The notes beneath the pieces were generated by a model. It saw only the letters and a list, made by a program, of their open reading frames with translations, had not been told where the DNA came from and did no database searches. Source: Minisyncoccota bacterium (GTDB lineage: Bacteria > Patescibacteriota > Minisyncoccia > Phycocordibacterales > GCA-2401445). Taken from it: a stretch of 50,891 nucleotides of DNA. Both the position numbers and the translations under genes were made by a program. The stretch lies in the NCBI GenBank assembly GCA_040879725.1, contig JBBDJV010000010.1, positions 1 to 50,891 of the forward strand, written 5' to 3'. Of this stretch, positions 1 to 9,022 are shown piece by piece. Each line of letters opens with the position of its first letter. The first letter of the stretch is position 1.

Positions 1-32
1 AAATAAGAACCCACGCATGTGGGTTCTTATTT
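1..32 (-). terminator. Hairpin terminator downstream of the holA-like/polA/tsaE operon (bidirectional shape)
   Basis: AATAAGAACCCA / TGGGTTCTTATT form a perfect 12-bp stem around CGCATG, flanked by an A-run and a T-run. A second 9-bp hairpin GCAGTGTGC/GCACACTGC lies at 44-65. Confidence 0.5.
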
Positions 33-106
33 GTCCGTCCAGAGCAGTGTGCCTGCGCACACTGCGTTAGGAATCAAAGCCCTTGCCTCATCAACCTAGC
101 TCTTGC

Positions 107-817
107 CTACACCCTCAACATAAACCGCTCTAATGCCACCCCAAGGTCATACTTTCCCTGGTGCGCGTTTCTGTAAAGCGCAATTAGTTCATCGTAATGA
201 GCACTATTTTCTTCTTCGGTGAAGTTTCGAGCAAACCGCTTAGCTTTACTAAAAGGATACTCTTTCATTCCTGCTTCGTCAGATGTCTTCGCTTTATATG
301 TCGCCGTAATACTTTTCACCTGCCATAGCAAAATACCGTGCAGTTCTTCCGGTGGAATTCCCTTACGCATAAACTGAGTATAGAGCAACCACAAATTTTT
401 TTTATCTTTAGCACCGTACGCGTCCGCAAGCGCGAAAATATTTTCTTCGAACTTCTTTTTCTTCTGCGCAAACTCATCGTAAGAAAAAGCGTGTTTCTCT
501 ATTTTCTTTTTTTGTGGAGCTAAAAAGGACTCCTCAAGCACAACAAATGCATTCTCAGATTTACCCAGATCTTCAATAAGAGAGTCGAACTCCTCTATAC
601 GCTCTTTCTTATCAAGAGCGTACGTAATTCGTATTATATATTTTTTCTCAAACAACCCCTGCGCGCGGATAAGTTCCTTAATTTTTTCTACATCCCATGA
701 GTCAGAGTCAAACACAATCACTTCAGCTTCACTCCTTTTTGATTGCAGTGTCGAAAAAGCCTTTTCGGATTTTTCTCGGGCGCTTTCTCTATCTGTTCCC
801 CAGTAAACATGCAACAT
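107..817 (-). CDS. holA: DNA polymerase III delta subunit (HolA)-like, short 236-aa form
   Basis: The ORF abuts the polA stop with a 2-nt gap. The helical clamp-loader-like pattern and the position in a replication operon fit HolA. No P-loop is present, as expected for delta. The assignment is by pattern only. Confidence 0.5.
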   Translation of the reverse strand: MLHVYWGTDRESAREKSEKAFSTLQSKRSEAEVIVFDSDSWDVEKIKELIRAQGLFEKKYIIRITYALDKKERIEEFDSLIEDLGKSENAFVVLEESFLAPQKKKIEKHAFSYDEFAQKKKKFEENIFALADAYGAKDKKNLWLLYTQFMRKGIPPEELHGILLWQVKSITATYKAKTSDEAGMKEYPFSKAKRFARNFTEEENSAHYDELIALYRNAHQGKYDLGVALERFMLRV

Positions 818-819
818 AG

Positions 820-3186
820 CTATATTCTTTTCATCTCACCCCAGTTATCACCCACAGAAGCCTCTGTACGACACACCACGCCTTCAGTTTCTCGAGGATC
901 TATCACAGACTCCATTGCACTTTGTAGTGCAGGAATAACTTCAGAAACAATACTTTCCTCCACCTCAAACACGAGTTCGTCGTGAACTTGGAGTAGTAGG
1001 TGTATACTGTCAGGCTTTGAATGCTTTGAAATATAGTCAGTAACCGCAATCATTGCGAGTTTGATTATATCAGCGCCGGTTCCTTGTACCGGAGCATTGA
1101 TAGCCATTCGCTCCGCACTCGCGCGAATAAAAGGAATGCGTGACCGAATACCTTCGAAATACCTTCTCCTTCCAAAAAAGGTTGTTGTGTACCCAAGACG
1201 ATGCGCGCTCTCTTTTGTCTTTTCCAAATAGCTCGCCAATCCGCTAAACTTTGCAAAATATTCATTATAAAAATTCTGTGCTTCCGCTCGGTCTGTTCCC
1301 AAGTTTTGTTTAAGCGCATTCACTCCCATTCCATAAATAATACCGAAGTTTATCACCTTCGCTTTGCGACGCATCTCTTTGTCGACTTTTTCGGGAGAAA
1401 CATTAAATACCTGCGAAGCAACCGCAGTGTGTACGTCCTCATTGCTGTTAAAAATAGCAATGAGCTTTTCATCCTTTGAGAGAAATGCGGCGATACGAAG
1501 TTCAATTTGAGAGTAGTCAATCGCAACTAGCTTGTACCCTTTCTCAGGAATAAAACCCGAACGGATAGCGCGCCCTAAATCTGTTTTGTTTGGAATATTT
1601 TGTAAATTCGGATCATGTGATGCCATGCGTCCCGTCGCGGTACCACTCTGGTCAAATGTACTGTGAATGCGTCCATTTTTATCCGCGAGTGTAGGAAGTA
1701 CGTCTACATAAGTGCCCAGTAGCTTTGCTAACTCTCGGTATTCAAGAATGTTTGAAATAATCGGATGAACCTCTCGAAGTTTCTCCAATTCAGATTCTTT
1801 TGTTGAAAATGCCCCACCCGCTGTTTTCTTTTGATTTTTTGTTTTTAATCCCAATTTTTCAAACAACACTTCGCCGAGCTGTTTTGGTGACGCAATATTA
1901 AACTCCACTCCCGCCTGCTCATGAATGTTCTTTTCGAGTTTTGAGAGTGTGCCGTGATACGTTTTACTCAATTCAGAAAAGCGAGCTGTGTTAATTTTAA
2001 TTCCATACTCTTTCATCTTCTCAAGTATTTCCACAAGTGGCTCTTCGATGTTTTTATAGACACCATCCGACTTCGATTCCTTTAGCTTTGCATCAATTAC
2101 CGCTTCAGCTTCCTTGAGCGTCTTTTTCTTTGTGAAAGCAAAAATATCCTCAAGTGTCGCATTAGTGTGATTTGAATCAAACACCCACAACTTAAGCGCT
2201 ACTCTGTCTAAATCTTTTTGGTCTACCTCCGGAAGTTTACTTTTTTCTTCCGCGACAACAGCTTCCAGTTTCAGTACAGAGCGAAGGCGCGCCCCGAGTG
2301 TTCTAAACTCAAACTCCCTGAAAAAAGCATCGGCTTTTTCCAAATCCAACCCATCTTTAAATCCTTTTTCAGGAAGTGAAAAAGTTATTGGCGCATCACG
2401 CCTAATTGTTGCGAGCATTTTACTGAAAAGCGCTTCCTCTTCATGCAGAAGAAGCAAATCTATAATTCGAGGTTTTATTCCTGCAGAAATAAACTCCTCT
2501 TTATTCTTTTTGAGTTTTTTGTACATATTCTCAAGCGTGCCAAACCGAGTGATAAGCTCAGTCGCTGTTTTGTCCCCTATACCCCGCACTCCGACAATAT
2601 TGTCTGACGGGTCTCCTCGAAGACCTTTGTAGTCTGGGAGTAACTCAGGACCAAACCCGAAGCGTGCCACAACCCCCTCTTCATCATAAAGTACGGTATC
2701 TTTAATCCCTTTCTTGAGAGTGTAAACCTGCACCTTTTTATCATCTACCAGCTGTAGCGTGTCCATGTCTCCTGATGCGATAACAATATCCAAATCTTTT
2801 CGCTTCTTTGTTTGCTCAACAATCGTTCCCAGCATGTCGTCTGCTTCAAACCCTTCTTTTGAATACATAGGAATATGCAGTGCGTCAAAAATTTTATGTG
2901 AGTTTATTATCTGCGCCACAAGCTCATCATCGGCTTTCGCTCTCCCAGCCTTGTACTCTTTGTACACTTCATGTCGGTATGTTGGTTTTGGTAAGTCATA
3001 GCACGCGATAATATAGTCTGGAGAAAAATCTTCTATGAGTTTAAGTATCATGAGCGACACACCGTAAAGCCCGCCCGTGGGAATACCACTCGCGGTAGAA
3101 AAATCCGGAAGTGCATGATACGCGCGGTGGAGTATTGCGTGCACATCCAGCAAAACTATTTTCTTTGTATCCGCTTTTTTACTCAT
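820..3186 (-). CDS. polA: DNA polymerase I (5'-3' exonuclease plus family A polymerase; proofreading domain largely absent)
   Basis: An N-terminal FEN-like domain is present (KKIVLLDVHAILHRAYHA, GDPSDNIVGVRGIGDKTA). Polymerase motifs A (DYSQIELRIAA), B (RRKAKVINFGIIYGM) and C (QVHDELVFE) are all found. Confidence 0.95.
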   Translation of the reverse strand: MSKKADTKKIVLLDVHAILHRAYHALPDFSTASGIPTGGLYGVSLMILKLIEDFSPDYIIACYDLPKPTYRHEVYKEYKAGRAKADDELVAQIINSHKIFDALHIPMYSKEGFEADDMLGTIVEQTKKRKDLDIVIASGDMDTLQLVDDKKVQVYTLKKGIKDTVLYDEEGVVARFGFGPELLPDYKGLRGDPSDNIVGVRGIGDKTATELITRFGTLENMYKKLKKNKEEFISAGIKPRIIDLLLLHEEEALFSKMLATIRRDAPITFSLPEKGFKDGLDLEKADAFFREFEFRTLGARLRSVLKLEAVVAEEKSKLPEVDQKDLDRVALKLWVFDSNHTNATLEDIFAFTKKKTLKEAEAVIDAKLKESKSDGVYKNIEEPLVEILEKMKEYGIKINTARFSELSKTYHGTLSKLEKNIHEQAGVEFNIASPKQLGEVLFEKLGLKTKNQKKTAGGAFSTKESELEKLREVHPIISNILEYRELAKLLGTYVDVLPTLADKNGRIHSTFDQSGTATGRMASHDPNLQNIPNKTDLGRAIRSGFIPEKGYKLVAIDYSQIELRIAAFLSKDEKLIAIFNSNEDVHTAVASQVFNVSPEKVDKEMRRKAKVINFGIIYGMGVNALKQNLGTDRAEAQNFYNEYFAKFSGLASYLEKTKESAHRLGYTTTFFGRRRYFEGIRSRIPFIRASAERMAINAPVQGTGADIIKLAMIAVTDYISKHSKPDSIHLLLQVHDELVFEVEESIVSEVIPALQSAMESVIDPRETEGVVCRTEASVGDNWGEMKRI

Positions 3187-3611
3187 ACATATACTATACG
3201 CGTATTTTCTGAATCATGCTCAAAGCGCAGTTTTTTCGCCCAATCCGGAATACTTGATGCAACCTTTTCCGGCCACTCAAGCACAATAAGCGCTGTTGGG
3301 TTACTTAGTGTTTCTTGCCACCCAAGTCGCTCAAGCTCATTAGCACTTTCCAGACGGTATGCATCAATATGCACCAATACCTTAAACGGCTTGTCAGTGA
3401 GCGGATATGTTTTCTGTATAACAAAAGTAGGACTGGTAATAGGCAGAGTAATACCAAAATAGTTTGCGAGTCCTTGTACGAATGTTGTTTTGCCTGCGCC
3501 CAAGTCGCCACTGAGTGTCAGTAGTTGGGCGTGGTGTTCTGCGGGTGTAAGTTTCGAACCTACGTCTTTTGCAAATTCATACATATCTGTAACACTTTCA
3601 ACTTTTCTCAT
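3183..3611 (-). CDS. tsaE: tRNA t6A biosynthesis ATPase TsaE (YjeE)
   Basis: It has the P-loop GDLGAGKTTFVQG and the TSPTFV motif, and is 142 aa long. It overlaps the polA start in an ATGA arrangement. Confidence 0.85.
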   Translation of the reverse strand: MRKVESVTDMYEFAKDVGSKLTPAEHHAQLLTLSGDLGAGKTTFVQGLANYFGITLPITSPTFVIQKTYPLTDKPFKVLVHIDAYRLESANELERLGWQETLSNPTALIVLEWPEKVASSIPDWAKKLRFEHDSENTRIVYV

Positions 3612-3617
3612 GTTGGC

Positions 3618-3626
3618 ATTTTAGCA
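3618..3626 (-). promoter_or_regulatory. Extended -10 promoter TGCTAAAAT, 6 nt before the tsaE ATG (predicted leaderless)
   Basis: The minus strand reads TGCTAAAAT-GCCAAC-ATG. Confidence 0.55.
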
Positions 3627-3646
3627 TACCGGAGTTTTTTGCCCAT

Positions 3647-3675
3647 AAAAAAACCCGCGCAACGTATTGCGCGGG
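3647..3675 (-). terminator. Rho-independent terminator after the coiled-coil protein gene
   Basis: On the minus strand, CCCGCGCAA-TACG-TTGCGCGGG is followed by TTTTTTT. Confidence 0.75.
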
Positions 3676-3690
3676 TTGTGTGGAAAGACG

Positions 3691-4329
3691 TTAGTCAATC
3701 CTCACTTGAATCCCATTTCGAGTATTCCTCACCTCGAGACCTGAGCCTCGAGTGACAGTCTGCACTCGTGCAGACTTGAACTGACCCCGAAGCGGGGTAT
3801 TTTTCACCGCCGGGAGGACATACCTCTTTCCGTCGGCAAAGAATCCTTCAATAGATTCTTTGATCGCTTTACCCTGGTACTTCTGAGCCTTTTCTTCGTT
3901 GCGCCAATATTCGGCGCGAGCTTTCGCCTCTGAGGCAGCAGTCCCGTAGTATTCTCGAGACTCCTCGAGTCCTGGGTACCGAGAAGTCTGTGAGACCGCC
4001 GGCCGGTTCTGTGCTTGAGCTTTAGCGAGCTCGGCGCGGGCCTTTTCAAGAGCAACCTGCTCTTTGATGCTTACTACTTCCGCTTCTACGGCGGAAACCT
4101 TGGTGTTGGTTTCGGTGCCACGGAGTTTTTCAAGCTCCTTTTGAGCCTTGGCAAGCTCAATTTCTGCTTTCAGCCGGACTTTTTCGAGCTCGGCGCGAGC
4201 TTTTACAAGCTCAATCTGAGTTTGTACTTCTTTAAGTTCCACATCAACAGCGGAAACTTTGTTGGTTTCTGCTGTTGCAGAAACCAACAAAGAAAAAGAA
4301 ACAACAACTGCAAAGATGAATTTTTTCAT
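3691..4329 (-). CDS. Secreted coiled-coil repeat protein, function unknown
   Basis: It has a signal peptide (MKKFIFAVVVSFSLLVSATA). Two internal repeats are present (KVSAV(D/E)..., KARAELEK/KARAELAK). It looks clearly GC-richer than its neighbours by eye. Confidence 0.6.
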   Translation of the reverse strand: MKKFIFAVVVSFSLLVSATAETNKVSAVDVELKEVQTQIELVKARAELEKVRLKAEIELAKAQKELEKLRGTETNTKVSAVEAEVVSIKEQVALEKARAELAKAQAQNRPAVSQTSRYPGLEESREYYGTAASEAKARAEYWRNEEKAQKYQGKAIKESIEGFFADGKRYVLPAVKNTPLRGQFKSARVQTVTRGSGLEVRNTRNGIQVRID

Positions 4330-4407
4330 AACTGCCTTTCTGTACTGGTGTTCTTAGGCACACCTACTTAAAACCTTATTAATTTTCAAAGACCAACTTA
4401 TACACTT

Positions 4408-4416
4408 ATTATAGCA
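4408..4416 (-). promoter_or_regulatory. Extended -10 promoter TGCTATAAT for the coiled-coil protein gene, giving a leader of about 70 nt
   Basis: The plus strand reads ATTATAGCA. The leader ends in GAAAGGCAGTTATG, which has an SD-like AAAGG. Confidence 0.45.
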
Positions 4417-4499
4417 GATTGCTCATGTTTTGTCAATACCTACAAAAGTGATTCTGTCCTTAAACCACAGGCTTTTTTCACCTTTCTCTCCTGGCGGGG

Positions 4500-4505
4500 T
4501 ATAAT
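4500..4505 (+). promoter_or_regulatory. -10 TATAAT, 6 nt before the pilB ATG (predicted leaderless)
   Basis: The sequence reads TATAAT-TGTTCC-ATG. Confidence 0.5.
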
Positions 4506-4511
4506 TGTTCC

Positions 4512-6206
4512 ATGATTGAGTTCGATGATGAAAAGCAGAACAAACGCCTCTCTGAACTACGAGCCAGAGAGCAAGAAGATTTAGCACACATGCTTTCAGA
4601 AAGGTATGACATTCCCTACGTTGACCTCTCTAAAATGTCTATAAACGGTGACGCACTTCGCCTCGTTCCTGAGAAAATTGCCCGCGAACACAACTTTTCG
4701 GCATTTAGCCTTCTGGGTAAAAAACTCGGTATAGCAACAACCCAACCACCAGGCGATAAGCTAAAAGAGATCGTGGCAGACTTAGACCGAAAGGGTTTTG
4801 ACGTGTCACTGTTTATCGCATCTCCTATAAGTGTTATGAGAGCATGGGACAGATACGGGGATATTTCTCATACAGTAGAAAGTAAAGAAGGTGTGCTTGA
4901 TATTGCAAACGACGAAATCGGAGCGATGATAAACGAAGTACAGACCATCACCGATATCGTAGAGCGTGTAGATAAAGTAATCAAAGAAAAGCACGGGTAT
5001 AAAATATCTAAAGTATTTGAAATGATTATTGCCGGCGCACTCGCACTTAAAGCGTCTGATATTCACCTTGAGCCAGAAGAAGATTTTGTTCGTTTGCGTT
5101 ACCGCTTAGACGGCGTACTTACTGAAATAGTGCAAATAGACAACAATACATACCGTTTGGTACTTTCTCGTATCAAACTCCTCTCAGGGTTAATGCTCAA
5201 CGTAAAAAACTCAGCTCAAGATGGACGATTCAGTATTAAAGTAAATGAATCTGAAATTCAAATTCGTACCTCTACCCTTCCCGGCGCATACAATGAGTCT
5301 GTGGTAATGCGTATTCTGGACCCTAAATCAATCCAAGTATCTATTGAGTCTCTTGGTATTGAGCCACACCTCTTTGATATCCTCATGAAAGAAATTGAAC
5401 GACCAAACGGCCTTATACTCACAACAGGACCTACTGGATCGGGAAAAACAACGACACTCTATTCTTTCCTTCGAAAAGTTCATACGCCTGATATTAAAAT
5501 TCTCACTGTTGAAGATCCTATTGAGTATCACCTTCCGGGTATCGTACAAACACAAACAGAAAAAGATAAATATACTTTTGCCACCGGACTACGCGCAGCG
5601 CTCCGCCAAGACCCGGATATTATCATGGTGGGAGAAATCCGAGATAAAGAAACGGCAGAAATGGCAATCAACGCCGCACTTACCGGTCACTTGGTATTTT
5701 CCACACTTCACACCAATACCGCAGCGGGCGCTTTTCCGCGTTTGATTGATATGGGAATTAATCCGAAAGTTATCGGCTCTGCTCTCAGTACCGCCATGGC
5801 ACAACGCCTTGTTCGTAAGGTATATAAAGAAAATGCTGAAGAAGTACCTATCACCGGAAAGGATAAAGATACCATTCTCGCAATACTAAAAACAATCGTA
5901 AATCGCCCTGATCTTGAAAACATACAGACAGAAACAATGTGGCAAGAAAAAAGCGATCTTGAATCACCACACCTTGCGTACAAAGGACGTGTTGGAGTGT
6001 ATGAAGCAATTCTAATGAATGAAGAAATCGAGAAGATTGTTCGAGAAAACCCAAGCGAACGCGAAATTCGCCTAGCATCACTCAAGCAAGGAATACTCAC
6101 CATGGAACAAGATGCAATTGTTAAAGTGTTACAAGGAGTAACAACATTAAAAGAAGTTCGTCGTGTTATTGACATCGATGCAGTAGCGAGTACTGGTGTT
6201 GTTTAG
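4512..6206 (+). CDS. pilB: GspE/PilB-family secretion/pilus assembly ATPase
   Basis: It has a GspE_N-like N-domain, Walker A GPTGSGKTTT, Walker B DIIMVGEIRD and the His box TGHLVFSTLHTN. Confidence 0.88.
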   Translation: MIEFDDEKQNKRLSELRAREQEDLAHMLSERYDIPYVDLSKMSINGDALRLVPEKIAREHNFSAFSLLGKKLGIATTQPPGDKLKEIVADLDRKGFDVSLFIASPISVMRAWDRYGDISHTVESKEGVLDIANDEIGAMINEVQTITDIVERVDKVIKEKHGYKISKVFEMIIAGALALKASDIHLEPEEDFVRLRYRLDGVLTEIVQIDNNTYRLVLSRIKLLSGLMLNVKNSAQDGRFSIKVNESEIQIRTSTLPGAYNESVVMRILDPKSIQVSIESLGIEPHLFDILMKEIERPNGLILTTGPTGSGKTTTLYSFLRKVHTPDIKILTVEDPIEYHLPGIVQTQTEKDKYTFATGLRAALRQDPDIIMVGEIRDKETAEMAINAALTGHLVFSTLHTNTAAGAFPRLIDMGINPKVIGSALSTAMAQRLVRKVYKENAEEVPITGKDKDTILAILKTIVNRPDLENIQTETMWQEKSDLESPHLAYKGRVGVYEAILMNEEIEKIVRENPSEREIRLASLKQGILTMEQDAIVKVLQGVTTLKEVRRVIDIDAVASTGVV

Positions 6207-6232
6207 AGAAGTCAAGACTTTTTCTTTTTTTT

Positions 6233-6254
6233 CTACATGCTAGAATGCATGTAG
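6233..6254 (+). promoter_or_regulatory. Extended -10 promoter TGCTAGAAT whose hexamer is the loop of an 8-bp perfect inverted repeat
   Basis: CTACATGC (6233-6240), TAGAAT (6241-6246) and GCATGTAG (6247-6254). No CDS follows for 360 nt. Confidence 0.45.
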
Positions 6255-6275
6255 GTAGGAAGTACAAAAGAAAAA

Positions 6276-6441
6276 ATCCAGCGCACAAATCTCTAAGCAA
6301 TACTTTTAATACGGACGACTAAAAGTGAGGTAAGTCTCAAAGGATAGCTCCAGTAAACAGATAAACTGTAACCAGGACGTCCTCGCGGATATACCCTAAT
6401 AATCCCAAGGGATCAATTGCTTAGAGATTTGTACTCTGGAT
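6276..6441 (+). ncRNA. Candidate structured RNA or MITE-like element closed by a 26-bp stem
   Basis: ATCCAGCGCACAAATCTCTAAGCAAT (6276-6301) pairs with ATTGCTTAGAGATTTGTACTCTGGAT (6416-6441) at 24 of 26 positions. The interior carries several short hairpins. A promoter lies upstream and a weak hairpin at 6458-6478 lies downstream. The class was not identified. Confidence 0.3.
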
Positions 6442-6619
6442 ATCATTCCAAAATAAAAACCGTCTTTACGGGGCGGTTATCTCTTGTAAACGTACTTGTA
6501 TGTAACTGAGCAGTATCTTATCATGTATTGATAAGTTTGTCAAGTGCTAGCGAGTAGCGCCCTTATTGCTTGTTCATACCCCACCATTTCATAAAAATGG
6601 TAGAATGGCACTATACACT

Positions 6620-7633
6620 ATGAAAAAAAACATGCAAGACCCTGTAAAAGAAGAGCGTTTTCTTGACCAAACACTCCGACCACACGTGTGGGATGAGTAT
6701 ATTGGACAAAAAACTATCAAAGAAAACCTTCGCATTCTTCTTTCTGCGGCACAAGAACGTAATCATCCGCCGGAACACATCCTTTTCTACGGTCCGCCGG
6801 GACTTGGTAAAACAACACTCGCACACCTTATCGCGCATGAGCTTAATAAAAATATTAAAATAACTTCCGGCCCGGTTATTGAAAAAGTTGGCGACCTTGC
6901 TTCTATACTTACTAATTTAAAACCGGGTGATATTCTATTCATCGATGAAATCCACCGTTTGAACAAAGCGATTGAAGAAGTACTCTACCCTGCAATGGAG
7001 TCTGGACTGCTTGATATAATTATCGGGAAAGGTCCTTCAGCTCGCACAGTGCAGTTAGAGCTCCCGCCTTTTACACTCATCGCGGCAACGACCCGCATCG
7101 CACTTCTATCATCCCCTCTTCGGTCTCGTTTTTCAGGAGGTGTATTTCGACTCGAATTTTACACCACAGAAGAAATAGGAAGTATTATCGCCCGCTCTGC
7201 CGATATCCTCTCAATAGAAATAGAGCCGGACGCAATCCATGAAATCGCCTCACGAAGCAGGTATACCCCGCGTTTGGCAAACTACCTGCTTAAACGTTGT
7301 CGAGACTTTGCACAAGTAGCTAAAACTCCGTTAAATAAGAAAACGGTGCGTGATGCGCTGGCGCTACTTGAAATAGATGAACGAGGACTTAATGCGTCTG
7401 ATAGAACTATTCTTGAAGTAATCATTTCAAAGTTTAACGGTGGACCGGTTGGGGTAAGCACGATAGCGGCAGCCACCAGTGAAGAAATAGCGACTATTGA
7501 GGAGGTATACGAGCCGTACTTAATCCAAAATGGTTTGCTTGAACGAACTTCGAAAGGACGTGTTGCAACCCGGCTCGCTTACGAGCACTTAGGTTTCTCT
7601 GTTCCAGAAAATTTACAAGATAAATTATTGTAA
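6620..7633 (+). CDS. ruvB: Holliday junction branch migration helicase RuvB
   Basis: It has Walker [12 protein letters not shown] and Walker [10 protein letters not shown]. The start was chosen at ATG 6620, downstream of TGGTAGAAT (6598-6606). The track ORF begins at 6566 with a non-ATG codon. Confidence 0.93.
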   Translation: MKKNMQDPVKEERFLDQTLRPHVWDEYIGQKTIKENLRILLSAAQERNHPPEHILFYGPPGLGKTTLAHLIAHELNKNIKITSGPVIEKVGDLASILTNLKPGDILFIDEIHRLNKAIEEVLYPAMESGLLDIIIGKGPSARTVQLELPPFTLIAATTRIALLSSPLRSRFSGGVFRLEFYTTEEIGSIIARSADILSIEIEPDAIHEIASRSRYTPRLANYLLKRCRDFAQVAKTPLNKKTVRDALALLEIDERGLNASDRTILEVIISKFNGGPVGVSTIAAATSEEIATIEEVYEPYLIQNGLLERTSKGRVATRLAYEHLGFSVPENLQDKLL

Positions 7634-7636
7634 CGT

Positions 7637-8167
7637 ATGTCAGGACATAATAAATGGTCAAAAATTAAACACAAGAAAGCGGTAACTGACGCTCGGAGAA
7701 GTAAAATATTCTCAAAACTACTTCGCTCGATAACTACCGAAGCAAAACTCGCAAACGGAAATACCAACTCACCGAACCTTCGCTCCGCGATAGAACGAGC
7801 GCGAAAAGAAAATGTTCCGAACGACAATATTGAACGTGCGGTAAAGAAAGGAATGTCTCCTGATACTGGAGCAATGGAAGCAATAACCTATGAAGCGTAC
7901 GGACCAGGAGGTGCTGGGCTTATCATAGAAGCGCTTACCGATAACAAAAACAAAGCGGCTCAAGAAGTTAAGTTTATACTCTCAAGCCACAACAGCTCAC
8001 TTGGAGCTATTGGCTCTGTTGCGTGGGCGTTTAAAAAAGAAGGTGTGGAATGGATTCCTACACAAACCACCCCAATTTCAGAAGAAGATGGAGAAAAACT
8101 CTCCCGCCTTATTGATGACCTTGAAGAAAATGACGAGGTTCAAAATGTTTACACAAATGCAGAATAA
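7637..8167 (+). CDS. yebC: YebC/PmpR-family protein, short form lacking about 60 central residues
   Basis: N-terminal MSGHNKWSKIKHKKA and C-terminal DDLEENDEVQNVYTNAE signatures are present. It is 176 aa, against about 240 aa for typical family members. Confidence 0.8.
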   Translation: MSGHNKWSKIKHKKAVTDARRSKIFSKLLRSITTEAKLANGNTNSPNLRSAIERARKENVPNDNIERAVKKGMSPDTGAMEAITYEAYGPGGAGLIIEALTDNKNKAAQEVKFILSSHNSSLGAIGSVAWAFKKEGVEWIPTQTTPISEEDGEKLSRLIDDLEENDEVQNVYTNAE

Positions 8168-8648
8168 TACTGGAAAAATTATTCTAGGTATTGATCCCGG
8201 ATACGACCGTCTTGGTGTATGCGTACTTTTTTACAATGGAGATAGTAGTGGAGAGGTCATCTATTCGGGTTGCATCAGCTCCCAAAAGAAAGACACTTTC
8301 GAAAAGCGTCTCTACGCGGTTTGCAGTGAGGTAGAGAAACTGTTTTCTCTCCACACCATCTCCGCAATAGCACTTGAGGATGTTTTCTTTCAAAATAACC
8401 AAAAAACAGCGACTAAAGTTGCTGAAGTTCGAGGGGCTCTTAAATATATTGCACAAAACAAGGGAGTACCCTTGTTTGAATACACACCAAACCAAATAAA
8501 AGTTGCGGTTACAGGTAACGGCCGTGGAGACAAAACCGCAATGAGAGACATGCTCGAGAAAATGCTTATTTTGGAAGAAAAAAAGCGTCTTGATGATGAA
8601 TTTGACGCAATTGGAATCGCCCTCACCTGCGCAGTTAGTGAGCGCTAA
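8145..8648 (+). CDS. ruvC: Holliday junction resolvase RuvC
   Basis: ILGIDPGYDRLG contains the catalytic Asp, and C-terminal DEFDAIGIAL is present. The start is probably ATG 8145 or 8157, overlapping the yebC end. The upstream part of the track ORF lies inside yebC. Confidence 0.88.
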   Translation: MFTQMQNNTGKIILGIDPGYDRLGVCVLFYNGDSSGEVIYSGCISSQKKDTFEKRLYAVCSEVEKLFSLHTISAIALEDVFFQNNQKTATKVAEVRGALKYIAQNKGVPLFEYTPNQIKVAVTGNGRGDKTAMRDMLEKMLILEEKKRLDDEFDAIGIALTCAVSER

Positions 8649-8759
8649 CCTCTTTTTTCATTGTCCACACCTTAGGGGTATTTGCATTCCAAAAATAGAT
8701 TTGATAAAACTATAGCGAGAGCGAGAGCTCATTAAAAAGTTTATTAAAATAATTACTCT

Positions 8760-8924
8760 ATGGAGTTAGACATTCAACAGGTGTTTCATTCATTCTCAAT
8801 GGATGAAGAAGGTGTGATTGAAGCTGATATAGATGACGAGGAGGTGGATGATGAGATTGGTGCGTTCGCTGACGATTTTGATGATTTAGGAGATGACGAT
8901 GAAGACGAAGTAGAAGAAATATAA
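8760..8924 (+). CDS. Small (54 aa) extremely acidic protein, function unknown
   Basis: The hand-translated sequence is MELDIQQVFHSFSMDEEGVIEADIDDEEVDDEIGAFADDFDDLGDDDEDEVEEI. A strong terminator starts 2 nt after the stop. The ORF is below the track cutoff. Confidence 0.35.
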   Translation: MELDIQQVFHSFSMDEEGVIEADIDDEEVDDEIGAFADDFDDLGDDDEDEVEEI

Positions 8925-8925
8925 T

Positions 8926-8959
8926 AAAAAACCACCCTATACTACTAGGGTGGTTTTTT
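8926..8959. terminator. Bidirectional rho-independent terminator between the acidic ORF and tyrS
   Basis: The sequence is AAAAAACCACCCT-ATACTACT-AGGGTGGTTTTTT. Confidence 0.75.
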
Positions 8960-9022
8960 ATTGGAAATACAGTTGAGGGTGTGTGGTGTGTAATCTCTTT
9001 TGAGATTTAGCTTAAAAAGCCT

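Noticed and set aside
6276-6441. SRP RNA, 6S RNA or RNase P RNA identity for the stem-closed element.
   Set aside because: The SRP domain IV motif (GGAA...AGCAGC) is absent. The interior is multi-hairpin rather than the 6S rod with a central bubble. The element is far too short for RNase P RNA and lacks a P4 partner, despite a GAGGTAAGTC resemblance.
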